In this document: positions 38,499 to 47,368 of the stretch, one piece after another
Layout: every line of letters starts with the position of its first letter
How positions within the stretch are numbered: position 1 is the first letter of the stretch
DNA from: Caproicibacter sp.
GTDB lineage: Bacteria; Bacillota; Clostridia; Oscillospirales; Acutalibacteraceae
Length of the DNA: 64,000 nt
NCBI RefSeq assembly: GCF_046707225.1
Contig: NZ_JBJKOP010000036.1
Span: 70,832-134,831, forward strand
Reading direction: 5' to 3'
Notes under the pieces: generated by a model
Seen by the model: only the letters and a program-made list of their open reading frames with translations
The model's database searches: none
Told to the model about the DNA's origin: nothing
Made by a program: the position numbers and the translations under genes

Positions 38499-39551
38499 AT
38501 GAAAGCAGTTGTAAAAAGCTCGACTGGCTACGATAACATGATTTATGAGGAGATCCCGGAACCGGAGGCGACCGGTGATCTGGTGAAAATTAAGATCGCC
38601 TATTCCGGAATCTGTGGGACGGACCTTCACGCGTTCAAGGGAACCTACTCCAGCACAAAGCCGCCGGTCGTTCTGGGACACGAGTTTTCAGGAATCGTTA
38701 CCGCGGTGGGGCCGGATGTAAAAAAGATCAAAGTTGGGGACCGCGTGACCAGCGAGACGACGTTTACCACTTGCGGCCACTGTTCTTACTGCCTTTCCGG
38801 GGACTACAACCTCTGTTCTCACCGCAGGGGCATCGGCACTCAAATCAACGGCAGTATGGCGGAGTATGTGGTCAGCCGCGAAGAGAGCATCCACATCGTG
38901 CCGGAAGATGTCTCCCTGCTTTCGGCGGCGCTGACCGAGCCGCTGGCCTGCGGCGTTCATGCCGGCATTGAAAAGGGAGATGTGCAAAAGGGTGACGTCG
39001 TCTGCATTTTCGGCGTCGGCGCCATCGGCCAGATGGTGGCGCAGGTTTGCAAGGCAAGGGGAGCGACGGTTGTCGTGGCCGGGTTGAGCTCGGACCGGGA
39101 GCGCTTCCAGATCGCGCTGGACAACGGCGCCGACCGCGCGGTCGATCAGATGAAAGAGGACCTGCAACAGGTCATCGGCCAGATGACCGGAGGCGAAGGG
39201 GCGGATATTTCCTTTGAATGTTCCGGAGCGGTGCCGGCAGCCAACAAGGCGCTGGAAATTACGCGCCGAAAGGGCAAAGTGGTTCAGATGGGTGTTTTTC
39301 CGCAGTCAAAGGAGCAGATCTGGACGGATTTGATTCTGCACAAGGAGATCAACTATGTCGGTTCCCGCAGTCAGAAGCCGAGTTCCTGGAGAACTTCCAT
39401 TCAGCTGCTTGCGGCCCACACGGTTGTCCCGGAAAAAATCGTGACGAAAATCGTCACCCTGGAGAATTGGAGGGAGGGATTCGAGACGTCAATGCGCGGA
39501 GAGGGAGTGAAGGCCGTAATTTCCTGTAACGCCGACCTGGAGGACAAATAA
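38499..39551 (+). CDS. Zn-dependent medium-chain alcohol/polyol(-phosphate) dehydrogenase
   Basis: 350 aa. GICGTDLH, GHEFSG, structural-Zn CGHCSYCLSGDYNLC, Rossmann GVGAIG. Confidence 0.85.
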   Translation: MKAVVKSSTGYDNMIYEEIPEPEATGDLVKIKIAYSGICGTDLHAFKGTYSSTKPPVVLGHEFSGIVTAVGPDVKKIKVGDRVTSETTFTTCGHCSYCLSGDYNLCSHRRGIGTQINGSMAEYVVSREESIHIVPEDVSLLSAALTEPLACGVHAGIEKGDVQKGDVVCIFGVGAIGQMVAQVCKARGATVVVAGLSSDRERFQIALDNGADRAVDQMKEDLQQVIGQMTGGEGADISFECSGAVPAANKALEITRRKGKVVQMGVFPQSKEQIWTDLILHKEINYVGSRSQKPSSWRTSIQLLAAHTVVPEKIVTKIVTLENWREGFETSMRGEGVKAVISCNADLEDK

Positions 39552-39555
39552 AAAG

Positions 39556-39575
39556 GCAGAGGCAAAAGCCTCTGC
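39556..39575. terminator. Terminator hairpin between the ADH and SorC genes
   Basis: GCAGAGGC-AAAA-GCCTCTGC. T-run on the minus-strand side, T-rich on the plus side. Confidence 0.6.
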
Positions 39576-39605
39576 GCAACAGTTTCTGTTTTGTTTTGGG
39601 AACGG

Positions 39606-40556
39606 CTAATTTTCACGGGCAAGCTCCAGCATGCGAACGGCAAGCGCTTCGTCTGCGACAAGGACGTTGATGTATTTTCCCCGTATGGCCCCAAGCACCG
39701 CCTCCGCCTTAAACGCAGCCGCGCTGATGCCGACGGACCATTCGGCGGCATGCATGGCATCCAGCGGCGCCCCGATGGTGTAACGGCCCTCCGGCTCCAT
39801 ATCGATCGGGTTCCCGTTCCGGTCATAAGGGCGCGCCAGCAGGTGCCCCACGGCCCCTTTCCCGATAATGCTCATGCGGTCCTGGTCGGTGAAATAACCG
39901 GACTGCTGCAGCGTGGTGCCGGAGTCAAACGATCCGATTCCGGTCAGGATGATGTCGACATGGTTGGCCTGATTCAGGGTTGCCTCGATCTGAGGCTCTT
40001 TGATCAGATAGGAGTGTACGGTTTTGCTGCCAACGTAAATCGGGGCATAAATGTTGGAATAAGTGCCTCCAAGACGCTTGGAAATCCGGAGCGCCAGCTC
40101 AATCCCGTCGATGTTGGGATTCCCGGTGCCGAGGCAGCCGACCATCTGGACCACGTGAACGTTGTAGTAGTCCTTCCGTTCGATCAGTTCGCAGAGGTAC
40201 TGCGGCGCGGCGCCCCAGGAAATGCCGATGACCGTGTTGTTTTCCATAATGGTGTTAAAAAAGTGGCTGGCCGCCTCGCAGCACCTGTGCAGTGCTTTGT
40301 GGTATTCGTAGGAGCCGTTAACCACAATCGCTTCCCGCAGACCGAACGTATTCCGCAGGTCGAATGAGAGCTTCGCATTTTTTCGTACCGGGCTGTGGAC
40401 AATAATTTCCACGATTCCGGCGTCCTTTGCTTCCTCCAGAAGGCGGGATACCGTTGGGCGGGAAGTATTCAAAATTTTCGCAATATCAATTTGGTTCAGT
40501 TTCTGTTCATAATAAAGTTCGGCGGCACGCACCAGAAGGTCGGTTTTATCTTCCAT
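39606..40556 (-). CDS. SorC/DeoR-type sugar-binding transcriptional regulator
   Basis: 316 aa. HTH QIDIAKILNTSRPTVSRLLEEAK followed by a SorC sugar-phosphate-binding domain. Confidence 0.85.
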   Translation of the reverse strand: MEDKTDLLVRAAELYYEQKLNQIDIAKILNTSRPTVSRLLEEAKDAGIVEIIVHSPVRKNAKLSFDLRNTFGLREAIVVNGSYEYHKALHRCCEAASHFFNTIMENNTVIGISWGAAPQYLCELIERKDYYNVHVVQMVGCLGTGNPNIDGIELALRISKRLGGTYSNIYAPIYVGSKTVHSYLIKEPQIEATLNQANHVDIILTGIGSFDSGTTLQQSGYFTDQDRMSIIGKGAVGHLLARPYDRNGNPIDMEPEGRYTIGAPLDAMHAAEWSVGISAAAFKAEAVLGAIRGKYINVLVADEALAVRMLELAREN

Positions 40557-40674
40557 TGGGAAGAATACACTCCTTTGTTGAAATCGGTAAAGATAATCTG
40601 ATAGCAGTATACCATAATCTTGACGATCTCAAAAGGACTATTCAATAAATCATTTCAGAATGGAGACGAGAGAC

Positions 40675-40935
40675 ATGTATCGGTATGAAACAGTCGTAAA
40701 AAATCCAACCGGTCTGCACGCAAGGCCAGCTTCACAGATGACTCAGCTCTGCAAAAAATTTTCAGACAATATCGCGCTGGTCTGCGGAACGAATCGCGTG
40801 AATCCCAAAAGCATCATTTCCATCCTGTCCGCCGGAATCAAACAGGGGACCGCGGTCACCGTTGAAGTGGAGGGGGAAAACGAAGAGGCCGTGTGCATGC
40901 AAATCGTTTCGCTGATCGAAAATCTTGCTGATTAA
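40675..40935 (+). CDS. ptsH: PTS phosphocarrier protein HPr
   Basis: Start at MYRYETVV places GLH15ARPAS and K45-S46-I in canonical positions. 86 aa. Confidence 0.9.
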   Translation: MYRYETVVKNPTGLHARPASQMTQLCKKFSDNIALVCGTNRVNPKSIISILSAGIKQGTAVTVEVEGENEEAVCMQIVSLIENLAD

Positions 40936-40951
40936 GGAGGTGACCGGGGAC

Positions 40952-41407
40952 ATGCAGGCTATTTACGAAGATCTGGTCGTCTGCGGCGTTGATGCCGTGG
41001 ACGCGGAGGACGCGATCCGTCAGGTTGGGCGGCTTCTTTTTCAAAAGGGATTTGTCAAAGACACTTACGTTGACGCGGTGGCAGCACGTGAAAAGGAATT
41101 CCCGACGGGCTTGCAGCTGAAAAATCTTGCCGTTGCAATGCCGCATACCGCGGGTGTTCACGTCAACACGCCCGCGGTGTGCGTGGCCAAGCTGGCGCAT
41201 CCTGTTAAGTTTGCGCACATGGGCGATCCGGAAACGGAAGTTAAGGCGGAGCTTTTGTTCATGATGGCAATTCAAAATCCGGATGCCCAGCTGGAAACCC
41301 TGCAAAAGGTGATGAAGATTTTTACCGACGAAGCAGCCGTCGCAGAATTTAAGGCGGCCGGCGACAAAGAATCCCTTTATCAGGCGGCGAAACACCATAT
41401 CGGGTAA
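40952..41407 (+). CDS. PTS EIIA component (EIIA-2, galactitol/fructose/mannitol type)
   Basis: AAGGAGG RBS. GLQLKNLAVAMPHTAG (phosphorylatable His). Confidence 0.85.
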   Translation: MQAIYEDLVVCGVDAVDAEDAIRQVGRLLFQKGFVKDTYVDAVAAREKEFPTGLQLKNLAVAMPHTAGVHVNTPAVCVAKLAHPVKFAHMGDPETEVKAELLFMMAIQNPDAQLETLQKVMKIFTDEAAVAEFKAAGDKESLYQAAKHHIG

Positions 41408-41440
41408 AACGAAGAGATGAAATTCAAGGAGGAAAAAGCA

Positions 41441-41737
41441 ATGGCAAAACATGTAAAGATTCTTTGTGTCTGCGGTTCAGGGACCGTCAGCTCCGCGATG
41501 GTCGCGAACAAGCTGAAGGAAAAGCTGGCCGACTACGGCTATGCTGTCGAGGCGACGGAATGCAGCCCAAATTCCGCCGAAACGGCTTTGGCTTCGGGGG
41601 GATTTTCCCTGATGGCCTGCGTCAGCCCCGTGTACCAGGAGTTCGGGGTTCCAAAAGTCAACGCGGTCGGCATGCTGACCGGCCTTTCGGAAGATCAGGT
41701 GCTGCAGGACTGCTTGAAAATTTTGGAGAAGGAGTAA
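41441..41737 (+). CDS. PTS EIIB component (galactitol type)
   Basis: MAKHVKILCVCGSGTVSS (active-site Cys). 98 aa. Confidence 0.85.
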   Translation: MAKHVKILCVCGSGTVSSAMVANKLKEKLADYGYAVEATECSPNSAETALASGGFSLMACVSPVYQEFGVPKVNAVGMLTGLSEDQVLQDCLKILEKE

Positions 41738-41835
41738 GCATCCGCGTTTGCACGGGAGCATGGATTTAAAACGAAATCCAAGGGGATTAAAAAAACACGG
41801 GAAAGCCGTTGGACGGCGTGACAAAATCAAGGGGG

Positions 41836-43254
41836 ATGTTTGTATTGGATAATTTCTTTAAAGGCATGAGCGACGTTTTTTCTACGTTCGGGGCGGGTGT
41901 CTTTGTTCCTGTCATTTTGTTTGTCATTGCGATCGGCATGGGAGTAAAAGGGAAAAAGGCCTTTAACTCGGCTCTTCTCTGCGCGGTTGGACTGACCGGG
42001 TTCAATCTGGTCATCAGCAGCTATGGCAGCATCATTACTCCTGTCGTCAATTCCATGGTCAAAAACTCGCATGTAAACCTGCCCGCGCTGGACACCGGGT
42101 GGCAGTCAACCTCTGTGATTGCCTATTCCACCAGCGTAGGCCTGATCTTCATCGGAATCGCCATTGTAATCCAGCTTGTGCTCTTTTTCAGCAAATGGAC
42201 GGACATATTCATGGCTTCCGACTTATGGAACAACTATTCGTTCATGGTATGGGGCTCCATGCTTTATGCCCTGACGAAAAACATGTGGCTTGCACTGGCC
42301 TGCATGGTTGTGCAGCTGCTGTACATTCTGCTTTTCAGCGAAGTGGTCGCCAAGCGCTGGTCGAATCACTATCAGTACCCGAACTGCTGTATGACCGCTC
42401 CGCACCATATGGAAGCGGTGCCCTTTGCCCTTTTCATGAACTGGTTCCTCGGAAAGCTCGGTTTTAATAAAATCAAGCTCAACGCGGCTTCCATTCAAAG
42501 ACGGTTCGGCCTCCTGGGCGAGCCGATGTTCATCGGTCTTGTGATCGGCGCGCTCATCGGCGTGCTGGGAAACCTCAGTGCTTTGAATCAGCTGGCCTCA
42601 TGGGGCGTCATCACCTCCTCCGCGGTTTCAACTGCGGCGGTTATGGCGGTTTTCCCGAAAGTCGGCGGAATTTTCGCTTCCGCGTTCACCTCGCTGACAG
42701 ATGCCTATAAGTCCAAGGCTGCGAAGAGCGGGCAGGGACGTGTCTGGTATCTTTCCGTCAACGACGCCGCCGGCTACGGCGAGCCGAACACGCTGGTGAC
42801 CGGCATTCTGCTGATGCCCATTATGCTTCTGCTGGCGTTTGTCCTGCCGGGTAACACTATCCTGCCGATGCTCGATCTGGTCGCGCTGCCTTACATGGTT
42901 GAGGTGTTTGTCTGCGTTTCTCACGGCAACATTGCCAAAAGCCTGCTTTCCGGTGCCATTTGGTTCAGCCTCGGCCTGATTGTTGCCTCTCAGCTGGCTC
43001 CCACCTTTACGCAGGTTGCGATTGCAGCGGGCTTTGAGCTGCCGCAGGCCGGCGTGTACATCATGAGTTTCGGAATTATGTGCCACCCCCTGATCGCGGG
43101 TCTGTTTTACGCGTTCCTGTCCCGGAACCCCGTGATCATTGGCGGCGTGGTTATCCTGTACTTCGTTCTTTACTATCTGTTCCGTAAAAATAAGGACCGT
43201 GTGGTGGACTGGCTGGAAAATTACGGAGCCATTCCGGAAGCTTCCCAGACTTGA
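41836..43254 (+). CDS. PTS EIIC component (galactitol/Gat family)
   Basis: About 470-aa polytopic membrane protein. FGEPMFIGLVIG motif as in GatC. The start is uncertain (41809 TTG, 41818 GTG or 41836 ATG). Confidence 0.8.
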   Translation: MFVLDNFFKGMSDVFSTFGAGVFVPVILFVIAIGMGVKGKKAFNSALLCAVGLTGFNLVISSYGSIITPVVNSMVKNSHVNLPALDTGWQSTSVIAYSTSVGLIFIGIAIVIQLVLFFSKWTDIFMASDLWNNYSFMVWGSMLYALTKNMWLALACMVVQLLYILLFSEVVAKRWSNHYQYPNCCMTAPHHMEAVPFALFMNWFLGKLGFNKIKLNAASIQRRFGLLGEPMFIGLVIGALIGVLGNLSALNQLASWGVITSSAVSTAAVMAVFPKVGGIFASAFTSLTDAYKSKAAKSGQGRVWYLSVNDAAGYGEPNTLVTGILLMPIMLLLAFVLPGNTILPMLDLVALPYMVEVFVCVSHGNIAKSLLSGAIWFSLGLIVASQLAPTFTQVAIAAGFELPQAGVYIMSFGIMCHPLIAGLFYAFLSRNPVIIGGVVILYFVLYYLFRKNKDRVVDWLENYGAIPEASQT

Positions 43255-43310
43255 GCACGATTTGCTGAAACGGAAAACTGCAGCAATCGGAAGTTTCAAA
43301 ACAGATCCGC

Positions 43311-43346
43311 GGCCGCTGTTGCAGGAAAGGACAGCGGCCCTTTTTT
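43311..43346 (+). terminator. Intrinsic terminator inside the PTS operon, between EIIC and the dehydrogenase
   Basis: GGCCGCTGT-N11-ACAGCGGCC then C and T6, 12 nt before the AAGGAGAAGG RBS of the next gene. Confidence 0.7.
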
Positions 43347-43358
43347 AAGGAGAAGGAA

Positions 43359-44447
43359 ATGCTTGACTATTTGAGAAGCGAACCACAGAACATAGTCGTC
43401 GTCGGCGATGCTTTTGTCCGGCCAGAGACGATGGAGCAAGCCGTCCGCACCTCACAGATCAACGCGGCGAAGGTTTCGCGCGTTTTTTGGGGAACTGAGG
43501 ATAAAGATGATTTTGCCGCCCGCCAAATGAATCTTGAGAAAAACGGATCGGAAGCGGAACCCTGGGCGGAGGATCTTGCTCCCCTGCTGAAGGATTGCAC
43601 CGTGCTGATGACTCATTTCAGCCCTGTGCCGCGCGGGCTGATTGACCGGGCACCGAAGCTTCGGGCCGTACTGACCTGCCGGGGCGGGATGGAACACATC
43701 GACGTAAAGGCGGCCGGCGAGCGAAAAATCCCGGTGATCAACGTAATTCGGAACGCGGTGCCCGTCGCGGAATTCGCACTTGGCTTGATGCTTGCAATGA
43801 CGCGCAACATCGCGTCCTCCCATCATCGGCTGATGGAGGGGGAGTGGCTTAAGGAATTTCCGAACTCCGGGTTTGTCTCAACGCTCGGCAGCCTGACCGT
43901 TGGTCTGGTCGGACTGGGGAATGTGGGAACGGAGCTTGCAATCCGTTTAAAAGCGCTGGAAGTTCCATTGATCGTACAGGACGATTATCTGGACCGGGAC
44001 CGCATGAAGCGCAACGGTTTGGGAGATGTTACAATCGTAGAGACGAAAGAGGATGTGTTTCGGCTTGCCGATCTGGTGAGCCTGCATCTGCGCCTGACGC
44101 CGGAGACGCGAGGCATAATTGATCAAAACTGCTTTTCGCTGATGAAGCCGAGTTCCTATTTGATCAACACGGCCCGGGGAGGACTAGTCAATCAGGCCGA
44201 CCTGATCGAAGCTCTGCGCCGCCATGCCATTGCGGGCGCGGCCCTTGACGTGTTTGACCGGGAGCCGCTGACCCCGGAGGATGGATTCGCCGGACTCGAC
44301 AATGTGGTGATTACTCCCCACATTGCCGGCGCTACCGTTGACGCGATTCCAAATTCCCCGTTTCTTCTCATGCGAACGGTCGATAAAATCCTGACGCAGG
44401 GACTGAAAGACAGAATTGTGAATTACAAAGAAATTTTTTCGGACTGA
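43359..44447 (+). CDS. D-isomer-specific 2-hydroxyacid dehydrogenase family enzyme
   Basis: 362 aa. GLVGLGNVG Rossmann; INTARGG; ITPHIAG. Confidence 0.85.
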   Translation: MLDYLRSEPQNIVVVGDAFVRPETMEQAVRTSQINAAKVSRVFWGTEDKDDFAARQMNLEKNGSEAEPWAEDLAPLLKDCTVLMTHFSPVPRGLIDRAPKLRAVLTCRGGMEHIDVKAAGERKIPVINVIRNAVPVAEFALGLMLAMTRNIASSHHRLMEGEWLKEFPNSGFVSTLGSLTVGLVGLGNVGTELAIRLKALEVPLIVQDDYLDRDRMKRNGLGDVTIVETKEDVFRLADLVSLHLRLTPETRGIIDQNCFSLMKPSSYLINTARGGLVNQADLIEALRRHAIAGAALDVFDREPLTPEDGFAGLDNVVITPHIAGATVDAIPNSPFLLMRTVDKILTQGLKDRIVNYKEIFSD

Positions 44448-44463
44448 TTAGGAGGATTTTGCC

Positions 44464-45108
44464 ATGATTTTAAAAGAGGAACGCGAACAGGTTGTGGAGT
44501 TTGGAAAGAAGCTGGTGGAGCTGGGCCTTACCGCGGGCACGTTTGGAAACGTCAGCGTCTACAATCCGAAGGAAAAGCTGATGGCGATCAGCCCGTCCGG
44601 AATGGACTATTTTCAGATCGACCCGGAGGATGTGGTTGTGCTGACGCCCGACGGAGAAAAGGTAGACGGCGAAGCGAAGCCTTCGAGCGAATACGACATG
44701 CACCGAATTTTCTACCAGAAGAGGCCGGGCGTCAATGCCGTGATTCATACGCACTCCGTTTACGCGACCACGCTGGCCTGTCTGCACTGGAGTATCGAGC
44801 CGATTCACTATGAGGTTGCCTACGCCGGGCCGGACGTCCCGTGCATCCCGTATGTGCAGTTCGGAAGCTACGAGCTGGCCGTCGCGGCTCTGCAGGCCAT
44901 GGGGAACGATCATTATGCGTGCCTGCTCGGCAACCACGGCCTTCTTGCCGTAGGAAGCAGCCTCACTTACGCGCTGGATGTTGCGCAGCAGACGGAATTT
45001 GTCGCTCAGCTGTATTACAACACCAGAGTTGCGGGCGGCGGCGTCAACCTGACCGACAAAGATATGAAGACTGTTTTGGGAGCGTTTCAGTCATACCGTC
45101 AGAGATAA
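44464..45108 (+). CDS. Class II aldolase (L-fuculose-phosphate-aldolase-like)
   Basis: 214 aa. GTFGNVSV, VIHTHSVYATT, LGNHGLLAVG. Confidence 0.8.
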   Translation: MILKEEREQVVEFGKKLVELGLTAGTFGNVSVYNPKEKLMAISPSGMDYFQIDPEDVVVLTPDGEKVDGEAKPSSEYDMHRIFYQKRPGVNAVIHTHSVYATTLACLHWSIEPIHYEVAYAGPDVPCIPYVQFGSYELAVAALQAMGNDHYACLLGNHGLLAVGSSLTYALDVAQQTEFVAQLYYNTRVAGGGVNLTDKDMKTVLGAFQSYRQR

Positions 45109-45124
45109 CAAGGGAGATAATTTT

Positions 45125-46855
45125 ATGAAAGTCATCAAGGGCCTGGCCGGTGCTTCCGGATATGCGGCCGGACGTGCCGCGGTTTTTTCGCGGATGGTAA
45201 TTCCGGCCGATAAAAAGAAAATTGAAGATCCCGAAACGGAAATAACCGCGCTTGAATCCGCGCGTTCGCGTTACGTCCGCTCTTTGGGGCTTTTGGCGGA
45301 ACGCGCCCGCCGGGAGCACGGCGAACAGGAAGCCACTATTTTTGAGGCTTACCGTGAAATAGCGTCGGACGACGTGTTTTTTGATGAGATCAAGGAGAAA
45401 ATCCGCACGGAGCGCGTCGACGCCTCCTGGGCGATCGAGCAGAAGCGTTCGGAAACGGAATCTGTTTTGGACGGTTTGGACGATCCCTATTTGAAAACCA
45501 GGAAGGACGACGTCAACAACGTCTGCAGGGAGGTTACGGCGGAGCTGCAGGGCGCCGGCGCCGCGGACCCGATTGCCGAAGCCGGCGGGGACGACTTGAT
45601 CGTGTTTGCCGAAGATCTGACTCCCGCCGATACCGTCCGCCTGGACCGCACGCGTCTGAAAGGTATGGTGACGGAAAAGGGCGGCGTGACGTCCCATACC
45701 GTGATTCTGGCCAAGCTGCTTGGAATTCCGGCGATTGTGGGAACGGGCCCCATGCTTTCGGAGGTGAAAAACGGAGACGAAGTGCTGGCCGACGGCGGTT
45801 CCGGCACGGTGGTCCTTTCGCCGGACACAGCCGGCAGGCAGGACTTTCTCGCAAAACAAAAAAAGGCGGGGCTTCGGGAATCTTTATACGCGGAATGCCG
45901 TGCGAAACCCGCTCGTACCCGCGACGGATTTTCCGTGCGCGTGGATGTTAATTCCGGCGATAAAGAGAGCATAGAGAAGTTCAATGCCGATGAGTGTGAC
46001 GGCGTAGGGCTGTTCCGCACGGAGTTCCTCTATATGGGGCAGAAGGATTACCCGTCCGAAGAATTCCAGTTTCAAGTTTACCGCGGCATGGCGGAAAAGG
46101 CGGGCGGAAAGGAACTGATTATCCGCACGCTGGATATCGGCGGCGACAAGCAGCTGGATTATATGGACCTTCCCAAAGAAAGCAACCCGTTTTTGGGGTT
46201 CCGCGCCATTCGGATCTGCCTTTCCAGACCGGAGCTTTTTCAAACGCAGCTGCGCGCCATCCTGCGGGCCGGCGTGTATGGAAACGTGAAAATCATGTTT
46301 CCGATGATTGTGAACCTGGAGGAGCTGCTTCAGGCAAAAACGCAGCTGGAGACCGCCAAGAGAGAACTGGACAGACGCCAAATTGCCTATCGAAAAGACA
46401 TCCCGGTCGGCATCATGGTGGAAACGCCGGCCGCGGTGCTGCTCTCGGATATTCTTGCGAAGCATGTGTCGTTTTTTTCCATTGGCTCGAACGATCTGAT
46501 TCAGTATACCACGGCAACGGACCGGATGAACGAAAGGGTTCAGTATCTGTATGACAGCTGCAACCTGTCCGTGCTGCGGTCGATCCGGACGGTCTGCCGG
46601 AACGCGCACGCGAACGGCGTGCAAGTCGGAATCTGCGGAGAGACAGCTTCGGAGCCCCGCCTGATTCCGCTTTGGTGCGCCTTGGGCGTGAATGAGCTTT
46701 CGGTAGCTCCGCCGCTGGTCGGGCGGACCAAATATATCGTCGGGCAGGTGTCCAAAAAGGAAATGGAAGAGAGGGCGGAAAAGCTTCTCGCCTCCGGAAG
46801 CGTTCCGGAAGCCAAACAGGAGCTTTCGGAAATTCTCGGGGAGCTTGGACTATGA
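45125..46855 (+). CDS. ptsI: PTS Enzyme I (PEP-protein phosphotransferase)
   Basis: 576 aa. GGVTSHTVILAKLLGIPAIVG (phospho-His), GLFRTEFLY, FFSIGSNDLIQY. Confidence 0.9.
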   Translation: MKVIKGLAGASGYAAGRAAVFSRMVIPADKKKIEDPETEITALESARSRYVRSLGLLAERARREHGEQEATIFEAYREIASDDVFFDEIKEKIRTERVDASWAIEQKRSETESVLDGLDDPYLKTRKDDVNNVCREVTAELQGAGAADPIAEAGGDDLIVFAEDLTPADTVRLDRTRLKGMVTEKGGVTSHTVILAKLLGIPAIVGTGPMLSEVKNGDEVLADGGSGTVVLSPDTAGRQDFLAKQKKAGLRESLYAECRAKPARTRDGFSVRVDVNSGDKESIEKFNADECDGVGLFRTEFLYMGQKDYPSEEFQFQVYRGMAEKAGGKELIIRTLDIGGDKQLDYMDLPKESNPFLGFRAIRICLSRPELFQTQLRAILRAGVYGNVKIMFPMIVNLEELLQAKTQLETAKRELDRRQIAYRKDIPVGIMVETPAAVLLSDILAKHVSFFSIGSNDLIQYTTATDRMNERVQYLYDSCNLSVLRSIRTVCRNAHANGVQVGICGETASEPRLIPLWCALGVNELSVAPPLVGRTKYIVGQVSKKEMEERAEKLLASGSVPEAKQELSEILGELGL

Positions 46856-47313
46856 GTGGGAAACGGGCCGGGAAAAAGCGGGCGGCGGCAGCCCAAAGTA
46901 AAAAAATCGAATCCGTGCGGGGCAAACGCTGCGTCTACTGCGGGAAACCCCTCGAAGCGGACGGCGAACCGTTTGAGGCGACAGTCAAGAGCCGCAGATT
47001 CCATACGTGCTGTGCCTCCTGCAAAGAGGCAACCGAGCGTTATGTCCTGCTGGATAAGCGGAAAAAAATCTGGCTGTATCTGACTCTTCTTCTCTGCGCG
47101 GCCGGGATTATTATCAGCGCCATGGGGGCATCGAATCTCTTTATGTACGGCAGCATCCTTCTTGCCGGAATTGGATTTCTGGCCTTTCCGTACCCGATTA
47201 CTACGTTTGAGACATTTTTGAGCTGCCCGATTCAACGGGTGACTGTGATAACCCGCGCGGTGGGGGCCTTGCTGAGCGTTTTGGGTCTTCTTTTTCTGCT
47301 TCTGGCCCACTGA
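46852..47313 (+). CDS. Small membrane protein with an N-terminal TRASH-like Cys4 motif
   Basis: 153 aa. CVYC-X22-CCASC (CX2C-X22-CX3C), then 3-4 TM segments. ATGA overlap with the ptsI stop. Confidence 0.6.
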   Translation: MSGKRAGKKRAAAAQSKKIESVRGKRCVYCGKPLEADGEPFEATVKSRRFHTCCASCKEATERYVLLDKRKKIWLYLTLLLCAAGIIISAMGASNLFMYGSILLAGIGFLAFPYPITTFETFLSCPIQRVTVITRAVGALLSVLGLLFLLLAH

Positions 47314-47368
47314 GAAGCGGGGGCTCTTACCGCCTTTTGGCCGCATGCCGCCCGCCGCGGGCGCGGAT

